NCBI GenBank assembly: GCA_964386785.1
Contig: CAYLUD010000001.1
Location: 26,214 to 90,213, forward strand
Source of the DNA: an uncultured bacterium
Lineage (GTDB): Bacteria > Chlamydiota > Chlamydiia > Chlamydiales > JAAKFR01
Direction: 5' to 3'
DNA: 64,000 bases
Shown: positions 48,280 to 57,618 of the stretch, in pieces
How positions within the stretch are numbered: position 1 is the stretch's first letter
Layout of the letters: each line of letters begins with the position of its first letter
Position numbers and translations under genes: made by a program
Notes under the pieces: generated by a model
What the model was told of the DNA's origin: nothing
The model's database searches: none
Seen by the model: only the letters and a program-made list of their open reading frames with translations

Positions 48280-51200
48280 ATGGATATAATTGATTGTGTG
48301 CAACACTCACAAATTGAGATTTACCATGCGTATACACATAATCTAAAAGGAGTATCTTGCAATCTACCTATCCATCGATGGACCGTATTGACGGGTGTTT
48401 CTGGATCAGGCAAATCTTCATTGATCTTCGACACCCTGGTCCAAGAAGGTGCGACTCAATATCGACACCTGTTTCCTCCTAACACTCGATCTACAAAAAA
48501 ACGAAACCGGTATGGCCGTCGTTGTCTAGCGATTCGGGGGCTACCACCCATCTTGTCTCTAACTCAGTCCTTCACCCCCACCACACCTCGTTCTACGCTT
48601 AGTTCCTTAATACACCTACAAGAAGGGTTGTCTCTTCTATATGCTCAATTTGCAACACCCTACTGTCCCATAGCACACAAACCTCTTGAGCAGCATACTG
48701 AGGAATCGATTCTGGCTTTCTTACGCCTTGAGCCTGCAGGACACCGTCTCCTGTTCCTGCGCCGATTGGCACCCTGTACATCTTCTAGTTCCTTACGAGC
48801 CCTCTTAATCAAAGATGGCTATGCTACATTACGAGTCAATAACGAATGGATAAATCTCTATGATACCCCATGTCCTGAATGGGTGGAGTCCGATATTGTA
48901 GAATTGCTCTTAGATCGCATCGAAGTCTCCCCCTATATGGGAATGAGAACGAGCAAGGCCATCCAGCAGGCATTGCAACATGAAGGGACATGCCATGTGG
49001 TGAATGAGACTTCAGGGACTTCTTACCTATGGAAAACAGGCCATTATTCCCCAACGACGGGGCTGACCTACCCCCCTCTGAAGCCTTTAGATTTTCATCT
49101 GATATTCTCTCCAAATCTATCTCCCCATTCTTATGGACCGGGAATACAAGCCTATCCAGCTGCTGCACGCTGGCGTGACACTACCTTGCCTCAACTTCTA
49201 TCCCTGCCCATTCCACAACTTATGGCGCTGTTGTATACTTCCCCCTTGCAAGAGGAAGAGGAGATCCTAGATGGCATCAGAAGCCGTCTAACGCCTCTTG
49301 TCGACCTAGGATTAACATACCTCTCGCTAGATCGTCGCATTTCTACTCTTTCACAGGGCGAGGCACAGCGGGCTCGGCTTGCAGCTGAAATTGGCGGCTC
49401 ACTCACAGGTCTAGTTTATGTCCTAGATGAGCCGATGCAGGGGCTCCATGTGCGCGATCAGGCTCAGATGCTCCCTATTCTCAGGAAATTGCGAGATCGT
49501 GGGAACACCTTACTTATTGTAGACCATCACCCATCTATGATCCGTGAGGCCGACGAAGTCATTGACTTTGGCCCTGGAGCAGGTCAATTGGGAGGGGAAA
49601 TTCTATATCAAGGACCCTTAGAAGGGTTATTGCATCACCCCACTTCACTGACTGGTGCTTATCTTTCTGGGCGTAGCCAACTATTTACAACCACCTCGCA
49701 ACCCCTGAGCGAAGCCTGGTTGGAATTTCATAATCTCCCCTACCGTAACCTCAAACCGAATACGTTCCGCATCCCGATCCACCGTCTGACTGCTGTAACA
49801 GGGGTTTCTGGATCAGGAAAATCAACTCTGTTGTTTGAGGTATTGCTTCCAGCCATGCAGCATGCATTGGGTCAACAACAAACGTCACAGAATCGGTGTT
49901 CCTTGCTGGTAGGCGCGGAAGCATTTCAAAGTTGTATTACTTTAGAGCCAACTCCAACCTATATCCCCCGTCGTTCCGTTATCGCTACCTACTTGGGAAT
50001 CTTCGATGACATACGTCATCTGTTTGCCTCTTTACCCGAGAGTCAGCAACGAGGCTGGAGTGCCTCAATGTTCAGTTTTAATCGTTCCCCTTTACGTTGT
50101 CCGAGCTGTTCTGGTATGGGGTCCATTCCTTTAGAAGACGCAGATCAATTATGGACGATTTGTCCTGAGTGTGATGGGGAGAGGTTTACCGATCCCATCT
50201 TAGAAGCCCGGTATAAGGGTCGTTCGATCGCAGACCTACTGGACAGCACCGTTACCGAGGCTTATGCCCTTCTTTCTCATCTCCCCGCTATCAAGAAAGT
50301 ATTTCCTCTCCTCATCGATATTGGGCTTGGATACGTCACTCTTGGCCAACCTATCTTTTCATTATCTGGGGGAGAATATCAAAGGCTGTACATAGCGAAA
50401 CAACTAGGAAAACCGTCAAATGGACCCACCCTGTACCTCTTAGATGAGCCCTCAAGAGGTTTGCATCCTCATGATCTGCATGGTGTATGGAAACTCTTTT
50501 CGGCTTTGCTCCATCAAGGGCACACAATTGTCGTGGTGGAGCATCACCTTGAGCTCATTCGTGCGTGCGACTGGGTGATTGAGATGGGACCTACTGGAGG
50601 AGATGGTGGTGGCTACTTATTAGCCGCGGGCACTCCGAACGAACTTAGCACCTCACCAACACCGACAGGACAGGCTCTATCTCTTGTCCACTCCTCTGGC
50701 ATAGATCCCACTCCCCCTCCTCTTCTACCAACCTGGAATACAATCCAGATACGAGACGCTGAAGCAAAAAATCTGCAACATATCTCATTAGATATTCCCA
50801 AGCAGAAACTGACAGTCGTCTGTGGACCCATGGGATCCGGGAAAAGTGCCTTACTCATCGACACCTTACATGCCGCTGCATTGCGCTATTACGGAATGCA
50901 ACTATTCCCTACCCTATGCACTGTTCCTTCTCCTGAAGTCCATTCCATTCAAGGACTTACACCCACAGCTGTTTTGGGATCGTGGCATGATCCCATAGAA
51001 TCATCTCTTGGCGAGGCAACGCGATTGACAGAGATCCTCCATGTACTGTTTCATTTGCGAGGAGAGTCAAAAAATGAAACGGAAAGCAAGTCTCTCTCTC
51101 CGAATGAGCTATGCACCATAATGACACAAAAACAAGGATCCTACGTCATTCTATTGGCTCCCCTACCACAAGAATCCTCTCGAACTGTGGAGCTCTCTCT

Positions 51201-52797
51201 ACAACGCTGGTCACGAGAAGGATGGGTGCGTATTCGATATGGAACATCTTATTACGATATAGACGATCCCATTCCTTGGGACCTCCATCAAAACGATTCT
51301 CTTGCTCTCGTAATTGATGAAATGAGAATAGGAACAGCTTCTACTAAACGCCTAGAAGAATCGATTATAAAAGCTTTTCAGACAGGGGGAGGGCATCTGC
51401 TCATCTCTATAGATGGCTATGATCAGCCCTACTCTCTGCGCACCTTAGAATCTGGGTACGGAATCCATCATCACAAAACAGAACGATTCCTAGGCTCTCT
51501 TCCATATTCTGACGCTATGCATCTACCCCTTTGTCAATTACTTTCCTATTTAGAGCACGAGATTCCTCAGGATATCCATGTATTTTTCACTCTCAACGTG
51601 CTGATTGCATTAGGATTAGGTCAATACACGCTCCATACACCACTCGCTCAGCTCAATCATGAGGAACAAATTCGTTGTAGCTGGGCGTCTATATTATCCA
51701 CGCCTCTGCGAGGGCTGACCTATCTACTAGACGAACGCTCTCTAGGGCTAGTCGCTGGTGAACAGGAACGTTTTGTACATATTCTGAAACACCTCCTTAC
51801 CCAGGGCCATACTATTCTTTTGGCTGCCAATGATCCCTTTTGGTTACACCATGCCGATTACGTGATCTCTTTGGGATATGGAGCTGGAAAAACAGGGGGG
51901 CATCTGCTCTATGCAGGCTCGTCATACAACCCGAAGCCTAACCCACCGATACGTACTATTACCAAACAGCACCGTCATCCAACCCATGCATTACATGGGA
52001 ATGGATGGACGGTCCCTATAGGGGGAGGTCTTTCTATTTTCTCTTCTTCTGACCCTCTCTCACTATCTTGGTGGTCTCTATTGCACGAGGCATTAGCGCC
52101 CCATTTTCCTCGACGGTCCATGTTGAGCTTACTTCCTACTTTTTCTTCTGGCTTGCGTGTAGCTGATGTAACCGGCCTTGCCCCGTTGCTCCGTAGTTTT
52201 TATTCTTTACTTCCTGCTGCCGCTGCAGAAGGGTTGTCTCCCATCCACTTTGATCCTAAAAACCCACTAGGTCAATGTACGACCTGCCTTGGGCTGGGAG
52301 GGTACCACGAGGTTTCTTCTGACGTCGTGCCGTGTCCATACTGTGAGGGGTCAGGATTACATGCTGCAGCCTTAGCTGTACGCTATCGCAACGCCCATCT
52401 AGGGCAGGTATTACAACAATCGATTACAGAAATATCAAATGTATTTTCCTTTTTACCAAAGGTTCATTCATTTTGCTTGCTATTAGAACGATGGGGCCTT
52501 GGAGATCTACCGCTCAACCGTTCTATATCGTCTCTATCCAGTATCGAACAGCAGACTTTGCGACTCTTCCGCATCTTGAAATCATCCAACTCTATGATTC
52601 TCATGGACCGCCCTACTATGGGTATGGAATCGGGAGATGTCATGCGGTGGATTCCTTTATTTGAAGAAGCTATCGAGCGAGGTGTTTCCTTTTTGCTGTA
52701 TGATGTTCACCCCATCTGGAAAGAACTGGGCTACACGATTCATATGGTACCCAATCAAAGACCTAGTACCCTGCGATGTACATCTATATCTTCGTAA
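48280..52797 (+). CDS. uvrA: Excinuclease ABC subunit A, extended (about 1.5x) form
   Basis: Walker A appears as GVSGSGKSSL and GVSGSGKSTL, plus a third degenerate CGPMGSGKSAL. ABC signatures are LSQGEAQR and LSGGEYQR. Zn modules are CPSCSGMG...CPECDGE and CTTCLGLGG...CPYCEGSG. The start could be 48214, 48229 or 48280. Confidence 0.85.
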   Translation: MDIIDCVQHSQIEIYHAYTHNLKGVSCNLPIHRWTVLTGVSGSGKSSLIFDTLVQEGATQYRHLFPPNTRSTKKRNRYGRRCLAIRGLPPILSLTQSFTPTTPRSTLSSLIHLQEGLSLLYAQFATPYCPIAHKPLEQHTEESILAFLRLEPAGHRLLFLRRLAPCTSSSSLRALLIKDGYATLRVNNEWINLYDTPCPEWVESDIVELLLDRIEVSPYMGMRTSKAIQQALQHEGTCHVVNETSGTSYLWKTGHYSPTTGLTYPPLKPLDFHLIFSPNLSPHSYGPGIQAYPAAARWRDTTLPQLLSLPIPQLMALLYTSPLQEEEEILDGIRSRLTPLVDLGLTYLSLDRRISTLSQGEAQRARLAAEIGGSLTGLVYVLDEPMQGLHVRDQAQMLPILRKLRDRGNTLLIVDHHPSMIREADEVIDFGPGAGQLGGEILYQGPLEGLLHHPTSLTGAYLSGRSQLFTTTSQPLSEAWLEFHNLPYRNLKPNTFRIPIHRLTAVTGVSGSGKSTLLFEVLLPAMQHALGQQQTSQNRCSLLVGAEAFQSCITLEPTPTYIPRRSVIATYLGIFDDIRHLFASLPESQQRGWSASMFSFNRSPLRCPSCSGMGSIPLEDADQLWTICPECDGERFTDPILEARYKGRSIADLLDSTVTEAYALLSHLPAIKKVFPLLIDIGLGYVTLGQPIFSLSGGEYQRLYIAKQLGKPSNGPTLYLLDEPSRGLHPHDLHGVWKLFSALLHQGHTIVVVEHHLELIRACDWVIEMGPTGGDGGGYLLAAGTPNELSTSPTPTGQALSLVHSSGIDPTPPPLLPTWNTIQIRDAEAKNLQHISLDIPKQKLTVVCGPMGSGKSALLIDTLHAAALRYYGMQLFPTLCTVPSPEVHSIQGLTPTAVLGSWHDPIESSLGEATRLTEILHVLFHLRGESKNETESKSLSPNELCTIMTQKQGSYVILLAPLPQESSRTVELSLQRWSREGWVRIRYGTSYYDIDDPIPWDLHQNDSLALVIDEMRIGTASTKRLEESIIKAFQTGGGHLLISIDGYDQPYSLRTLESGYGIHHHKTERFLGSLPYSDAMHLPLCQLLSYLEHEIPQDIHVFFTLNVLIALGLGQYTLHTPLAQLNHEEQIRCSWASILSTPLRGLTYLLDERSLGLVAGEQERFVHILKHLLTQGHTILLAANDPFWLHHADYVISLGYGAGKTGGHLLYAGSSYNPKPNPPIRTITKQHRHPTHALHGNGWTVPIGGGLSIFSSSDPLSLSWWSLLHEALAPHFPRRSMLSLLPTFSSGLRVADVTGLAPLLRSFYSLLPAAAAEGLSPIHFDPKNPLGQCTTCLGLGGYHEVSSDVVPCPYCEGSGLHAAALAVRYRNAHLGQVLQQSITEISNVFSFLPKVHSFCLLLERWGLGDLPLNRSISSLSSIEQQTLRLFRILKSSNSMILMDRPTMGMESGDVMRWIPLFEEAIERGVSFLLYDVHPIWKELGYTIHMVPNQRPSTLRCTSISS

Positions 52798-52814
52798 CGC
52801 TACGCAGTCCCTAT

Positions 52815-52843
52815 TTGACATCCCGCCCTTTTCTCCATATCAA
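52815..52843 (+). promoter_or_regulatory. Candidate sigma-70/66-type promoter upstream of the kinase gene
   Basis: TTGACA is followed by a 17-nt spacer and TATCAA. It lies about 125 nt upstream of the kinase start. This is a sequence match only. Confidence 0.3.
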
Positions 52844-52967
52844 CCGATGTTCCAGAGCAATGAAAAATTCTCCATACACCTTGTGTTGCCTGTCCTAAAT
52901 TTCTGCATGGATTTGTGATTTTACTATCCTCTCTCACAAGAAATACAGTATACAACCAATCAGATTG

Positions 52968-55682
52968 ATGGACAGCAGCATGGGACGATATGAGTTGATA
53001 CGCCTCTTAGGTAAGGGAGGCATGGGCGAGGTATGGCTAGCCTACGACCCCATCTGCGAACGACGGGTAGCGCTGAAACGGATGCGTTCCGAATTAAAGG
53101 ATATTCCCAAACTAGTCCAGGGTTTCTTGAAAGAGGCTCGTATTTCTGCGATGCTTACCCATCCTGGCATCATCTCGATCTATGAAATAGGTCCAGACTA
53201 CTATGTGATGCCCTATGTGGAAGGATCTACGTTAAAAACAAAAATATATCAAGAGCAACTCCCCCTCCCCTCCTTGTTATCGATATTTTTTTCGTTATGT
53301 CAAACGATTGCCTACGCTCATTCTCGAGGCATTCTACATCGCGACTTGAAACCAGAAAATATTGTTGTCGGACCATTTGGAGAGGTGATTCTCATTGACT
53401 GGGGATTGGCAGACTGGATCTTAGAACCTAAACAGGATGGTGAAGAACAAGTCAAACCGGATCGTGTTATTGGTACCGTTGCGTATATGGCTCCAGAGAG
53501 AACGCAAGGTCAAGGAGCCTCTGTACAAACGGATCTCTATGCATTAGGCATTATTCTCTACCAAATTCTTACCCTGTCCCCACCGTTTGAACGCCCTTCG
53601 TTGAAAGAATTTATTAAACATCCACGTCCCTGGCATGTAGAACCCATAGACCCTATTGAACGAGCTCCCTATCGAGGAATCTCCCCTTTTCTATCTAAAA
53701 TCGTCTTACACATGCTCGCCATTCATCCCAAAGATCGATACCAGACTGTTACTGAAGTCATGGAAGATTTACGCCAGCATCTTGAGGGCACCTCTCTATG
53801 GATTGAATCGGCCCGTCTTTCTATCCATGAGAAACAAGATTGGGAATTTCAAGAACTGTTGCTTCTTTCTCATCATGTGGCTCTTACAGGCACTGTAGAA
53901 CGTAGTCGATGGGTCAATGCAATGCTATCTAAAGAAGGATTTCCAGACCCATTACAAATAGAAACTTCTGTCTACATTGAAGAAGGAGGTGAAGGTATTG
54001 GTTTTCTTGTCAATGTACCTGATCCTGCGTTACGTACCTCTCCATTTCAAGGATATTGTATTTGGATCCATGCCACACCACCCGCATCTCTTCATGTGCT
54101 CTGTAATACGATTGAAGTGCTCACCCTACCTGACCTACCCTTTAAACAAGGCGTCTGGCATCGTATCATTCTAGAAAAAATAGGCCCACGTATCCGGCTC
54201 CTTATCGATGGAGAGGAATGTCTCCGTTATATGAGTTATCTTCCTTTAGCAGGATCCCGCATTGGACTGATCTCCCAAGATGGCCATTTCAAACTCACAG
54301 ATTGCCATATTAAAAGTGGCGGCAGACAGTTGAATATTAGCTGTTTATCTGTCCCCGACTCTTTGCTTGCCTATCAACATTACAAAGAAGCTTTTTCCGA
54401 ATACCGCCGTATCAGCCTATGCTTTCATGGATATGCAGAAGGCCGAGAAGCGCAATTTCGAATGGGAATGACCCTACTCGAAGAGGCAAAACATCGAGGT
54501 GAGCAAGGCTATTGCAAACTCCACACAGAAGCATTAGAAGAATTTTCCAAACTACATGGCAGTGCGAGTGCTCCTTATGAATACTTGGGCAAAGCCTTAG
54601 TATATCAAGCACTGAACGACTCCGTTGAAGAAATCAAATGTTTAGAGCTGGGACTTCGACGCTACAATGATCACCCACTAGTGCCAGTATTAAAGGATCA
54701 TATTCATTATCGCACTCAGGAGGCTGCGCAAACAGATCGTGTGAGTGTCTATAAGTTGCTATTAATCCATTTGCAACTCATCTCCGATTCTCTTCAGAGA
54801 GATACTCTCCAACAAATATTTACCCATGTTTTAGATCATGCAGAAGTCCTTTCCTTTTTTGAAAGTCCCCTATCTCCTTCTTTTAAAGATCCGATCGATC
54901 AAGCCCGTTTTGCCACATATTTGGCATTCTGGATAGCTGCTCCGTATACATTGATTGAGATTTTTGAGCGTTATGCAACTATTGATACCGTACTTAAACA
55001 CGACATTCTATTTTGTTTGATTGAATTAGGATCTTTTGAACTTACACAAACCCTATTAAGCAAGGCAAGCAATCGCTGCCTAGAAATTGCAATCGTAGCC
55101 GAGCAAGATACAGCCCGATCAGCTTGGGAGATTTTCAAACGAGAGATCCCTATCTCTGAAGAGCTATCTACCCTGCGTACTCTCTTTTTCCTAATCCAGA
55201 GTTCTATCATAGAACAAGACAGCAAGCTGACACATGAAATGTGTGCTGCTGTTCTACCTTTACCTCTTGAGCCAGATCAACGTATTCTTCTGGATTCCTA
55301 TCGGATTTGGGCCTTTTTGCAAGAAAATCAAACCCAACAAGCAGGGGCAATTTTTGATACCTACCCTATAGAAATGTTAAATCAGGAAACCTCATGGTTA
55401 CACCCTCTATTTGGGTGTTACTTAGTAGCCACAGAGGGAGAAGAGATTGCGAACGTATACCTGTGTGGTGTAACTGAGGTTCCTTACCCTCGTTCCTATG
55501 CGCTATTGGGCCATGAAATTTCATATGGCATCTCTCATAGTGCTCATTGGCACCGCTCCTCTTTTTTATGGGAGCGTCGGCAACTATACCGAGTACTATC
55601 CCTATACTACCACCTGCTAGGCAAACCTGATCAGGCTTATGAAGCAGAATTAGCTGCAAATCGAGAGTATGCTCGACCCTAA
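52968..55682 (+). CDS. pknD: Eukaryote-type Ser/Thr protein kinase, PknD-like, with large C-terminal region
   Basis: Kinase subdomains are LGKGGMGEVWLA, VALKRM, HRDLKPENIVV, DWGLA and YMAPE. A beta-sandwich-like segment and a helical C-terminal region follow. It neighbours valS, as I recall for CT301/CT302. Confidence 0.85.
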   Translation: MDSSMGRYELIRLLGKGGMGEVWLAYDPICERRVALKRMRSELKDIPKLVQGFLKEARISAMLTHPGIISIYEIGPDYYVMPYVEGSTLKTKIYQEQLPLPSLLSIFFSLCQTIAYAHSRGILHRDLKPENIVVGPFGEVILIDWGLADWILEPKQDGEEQVKPDRVIGTVAYMAPERTQGQGASVQTDLYALGIILYQILTLSPPFERPSLKEFIKHPRPWHVEPIDPIERAPYRGISPFLSKIVLHMLAIHPKDRYQTVTEVMEDLRQHLEGTSLWIESARLSIHEKQDWEFQELLLLSHHVALTGTVERSRWVNAMLSKEGFPDPLQIETSVYIEEGGEGIGFLVNVPDPALRTSPFQGYCIWIHATPPASLHVLCNTIEVLTLPDLPFKQGVWHRIILEKIGPRIRLLIDGEECLRYMSYLPLAGSRIGLISQDGHFKLTDCHIKSGGRQLNISCLSVPDSLLAYQHYKEAFSEYRRISLCFHGYAEGREAQFRMGMTLLEEAKHRGEQGYCKLHTEALEEFSKLHGSASAPYEYLGKALVYQALNDSVEEIKCLELGLRRYNDHPLVPVLKDHIHYRTQEAAQTDRVSVYKLLLIHLQLISDSLQRDTLQQIFTHVLDHAEVLSFFESPLSPSFKDPIDQARFATYLAFWIAAPYTLIEIFERYATIDTVLKHDILFCLIELGSFELTQTLLSKASNRCLEIAIVAEQDTARSAWEIFKREIPISEELSTLRTLFFLIQSSIIEQDSKLTHEMCAAVLPLPLEPDQRILLDSYRIWAFLQENQTQQAGAIFDTYPIEMLNQETSWLHPLFGCYLVATEGEEIANVYLCGVTEVPYPRSYALLGHEISYGISHSAHWHRSSFLWERRQLYRVLSLYYHLLGKPDQAYEAELAANREYARP

Positions 55683-56161
55683 ATTGGTTTACCGATGCAC
55701 GTTAGCAGTGCAAGGACTGCGATACGCCAATCGGGAAATTGTGCGGGGAATAACTTCTGAAATCCATATTCATATCGCATGATGAGCCATAATTTGCTGA
55801 GTGCCATTACGACCAATCCATGCATCTGCTAGCTTCAGGAGATAGCAGATGCTCTCCCCATACAGGGCTGAATTAAAAAAATTACATACAACAAAAAGGT
55901 TCTCTGACCCTGCATACTACAATTTGTTTCTCTAACATGGCCGATGATGGATATGAAAATCGCATCAACAATTTTCCTGTTAGTAAAGGGATTTTCGATA
56001 GATATCTTATGTTTCGCCTATCTATCGAATATTTTTTTCACTATTCACATACTCCTAAGTGCGCACAGTCTCTATGCGTAGGGGGAGCTTACCTAGATTA
56101 CCAGAAAGCCCAACCCCTTCTAGTTGAAGTAAAAAAAAAATCAGATTACAATTGTCCTCTT

Positions 56162-57523
56162 ATGAATTGTATCCCCATTTTAGAAACCATCGATTTATGG
56201 ATTTGGCAACCCTTATTTATCTTATTGGTAGGGTTGGGCCTTCTATTAACTTGGAAGCTCCGTGGCTTGCAATGGAATCAATTGGGTTATGGTTTGCGTT
56301 TATCTGTTTCGCAACAAGATCATGAAGGGACAGGTGATATTTCCAACTTTCAAGCATTAACAACAGCTCTAGCTGCAACGGTAGGAATTGGTAATATTGC
56401 CGGTGTAGCCACAGCAATCGCTACTGGTGGTGTAGGCGCTTTATTCTGGCTTTGGGTTACTTCTATAATCGGCATGGCAACTAAATACGCTGAAGGAGTC
56501 TTGGCCATTCGTTACCGTCAAACGAATCGAATTGGGGAAGTATGTGGAGGTCCCATGTACTATTTGCGAGATGGTTTGGGGTGGAAGAAATGGGCCTTTG
56601 CCTTTGCTTTTTTTGGAGCCTTAACAACTTTGGCTACCGGTAACTTGGTACAGTCTAATTCGATTGCCTTGGCGGTATGTAATTACTTTCCTTCGATCCA
56701 TCCTAACTGGATTGGTGTCGGTCTTGCCCTATGCACCGGTGCTGTCATCCTAGGGGGAATTCGTTCCATTGGACGTATTACAGCGTATCTAGTTCCATTC
56801 ATGGCTTTATTTTATTTAGTGGGCTGTCTGATTGTTATTGGGGTGCACTTGCCTCAATTACCGCATGCCATCTTCCAAATTTTTTCATGCGCCTTTACAG
56901 GGCAAGCAGCTGTTGGAGGGTTTGCCGGAGCGGGAGTCATGCTTGCCATGCAGATGGGATTATCTCGTGGAATTTTTTCTAATGAGTCTGGGTTGGGTAG
57001 TGGACCCATTGCAGCAGCGGCAGCTCGAACCGATTATGCTGCGCGACCTGCACTGACCAGCATGGCTGGCGCCTTTTTATCCACCATTGTCTGTACCTTT
57101 ACTGGATTAGCTATCGCTTCTTCTGGCACCATAGGGCGTCTAGACGCTGCAGGAAACCAACTGAGTGGGGCCTACATGACGGTAGTTGCCTTTGAAGAAG
57201 CCTTCCCCTTGGGAGGAATCGTAGTAATTATTTCCTGCATCCTATTTGGGCTCACCACCATTATTGGATGGTCTTATTACGGAGAAAAGTGCTGTGAGTA
57301 TCTATTGGGGCAACGCTCCGCTCTGTATTATCGCCTCATCTACACTGCGGTAGTCTCTTTTGGTGTGATGATCCCAGCTCAAATGCTATGGCCTATTGCA
57401 GACATTGCGAATGCATGCATGGCACTTCCCAACATTCTAGGCATCTTTGGCCTGATTGCGATTGTACAAGAAGAGACTCATCTATTTTTTCGTCGGAAAG
57501 AACCAGCGATCCACGTGGGGTGA
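56162..57523 (+). CDS. Sodium:alanine (glycine) symporter family (AGCS) transporter
   Basis: Motifs: FQALTTALAATVGIGNIAGVATAIATGGVGALFWLWV and SNESGLGSGPIAAAAA. ATG 56162 gives a typical length of 453 aa. The listed start 55937 adds 75 non-membrane residues. Confidence 0.85.
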   Translation: MNCIPILETIDLWIWQPLFILLVGLGLLLTWKLRGLQWNQLGYGLRLSVSQQDHEGTGDISNFQALTTALAATVGIGNIAGVATAIATGGVGALFWLWVTSIIGMATKYAEGVLAIRYRQTNRIGEVCGGPMYYLRDGLGWKKWAFAFAFFGALTTLATGNLVQSNSIALAVCNYFPSIHPNWIGVGLALCTGAVILGGIRSIGRITAYLVPFMALFYLVGCLIVIGVHLPQLPHAIFQIFSCAFTGQAAVGGFAGAGVMLAMQMGLSRGIFSNESGLGSGPIAAAAARTDYAARPALTSMAGAFLSTIVCTFTGLAIASSGTIGRLDAAGNQLSGAYMTVVAFEEAFPLGGIVVIISCILFGLTTIIGWSYYGEKCCEYLLGQRSALYYRLIYTAVVSFGVMIPAQMLWPIADIANACMALPNILGIFGLIAIVQEETHLFFRRKEPAIHVG

Positions 57524-57618
57524 CTCTCTCTCTGTTTACTGCAATGGGTACTCCCATTCTAAAACATGAGTGACCCCAAATGAATCAAGTGATTTTTGTT
57601 TAAGTCAAAAAAATCTAC

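Noticed and set aside
55822-55852. The hairpin GCATCTGCTA/TAGCAGATGC uses the same TAGCAGA/TCTGCTA heptamer as the CIRCE-like element at 30434-30460, also with an 11-nt gap
   Set aside because: The half-sites are in the opposite orientation. Each heptamer is expected several times by chance in 64 kb (for example TCTGCTA at about 12470). A shared regulator is therefore not supported.
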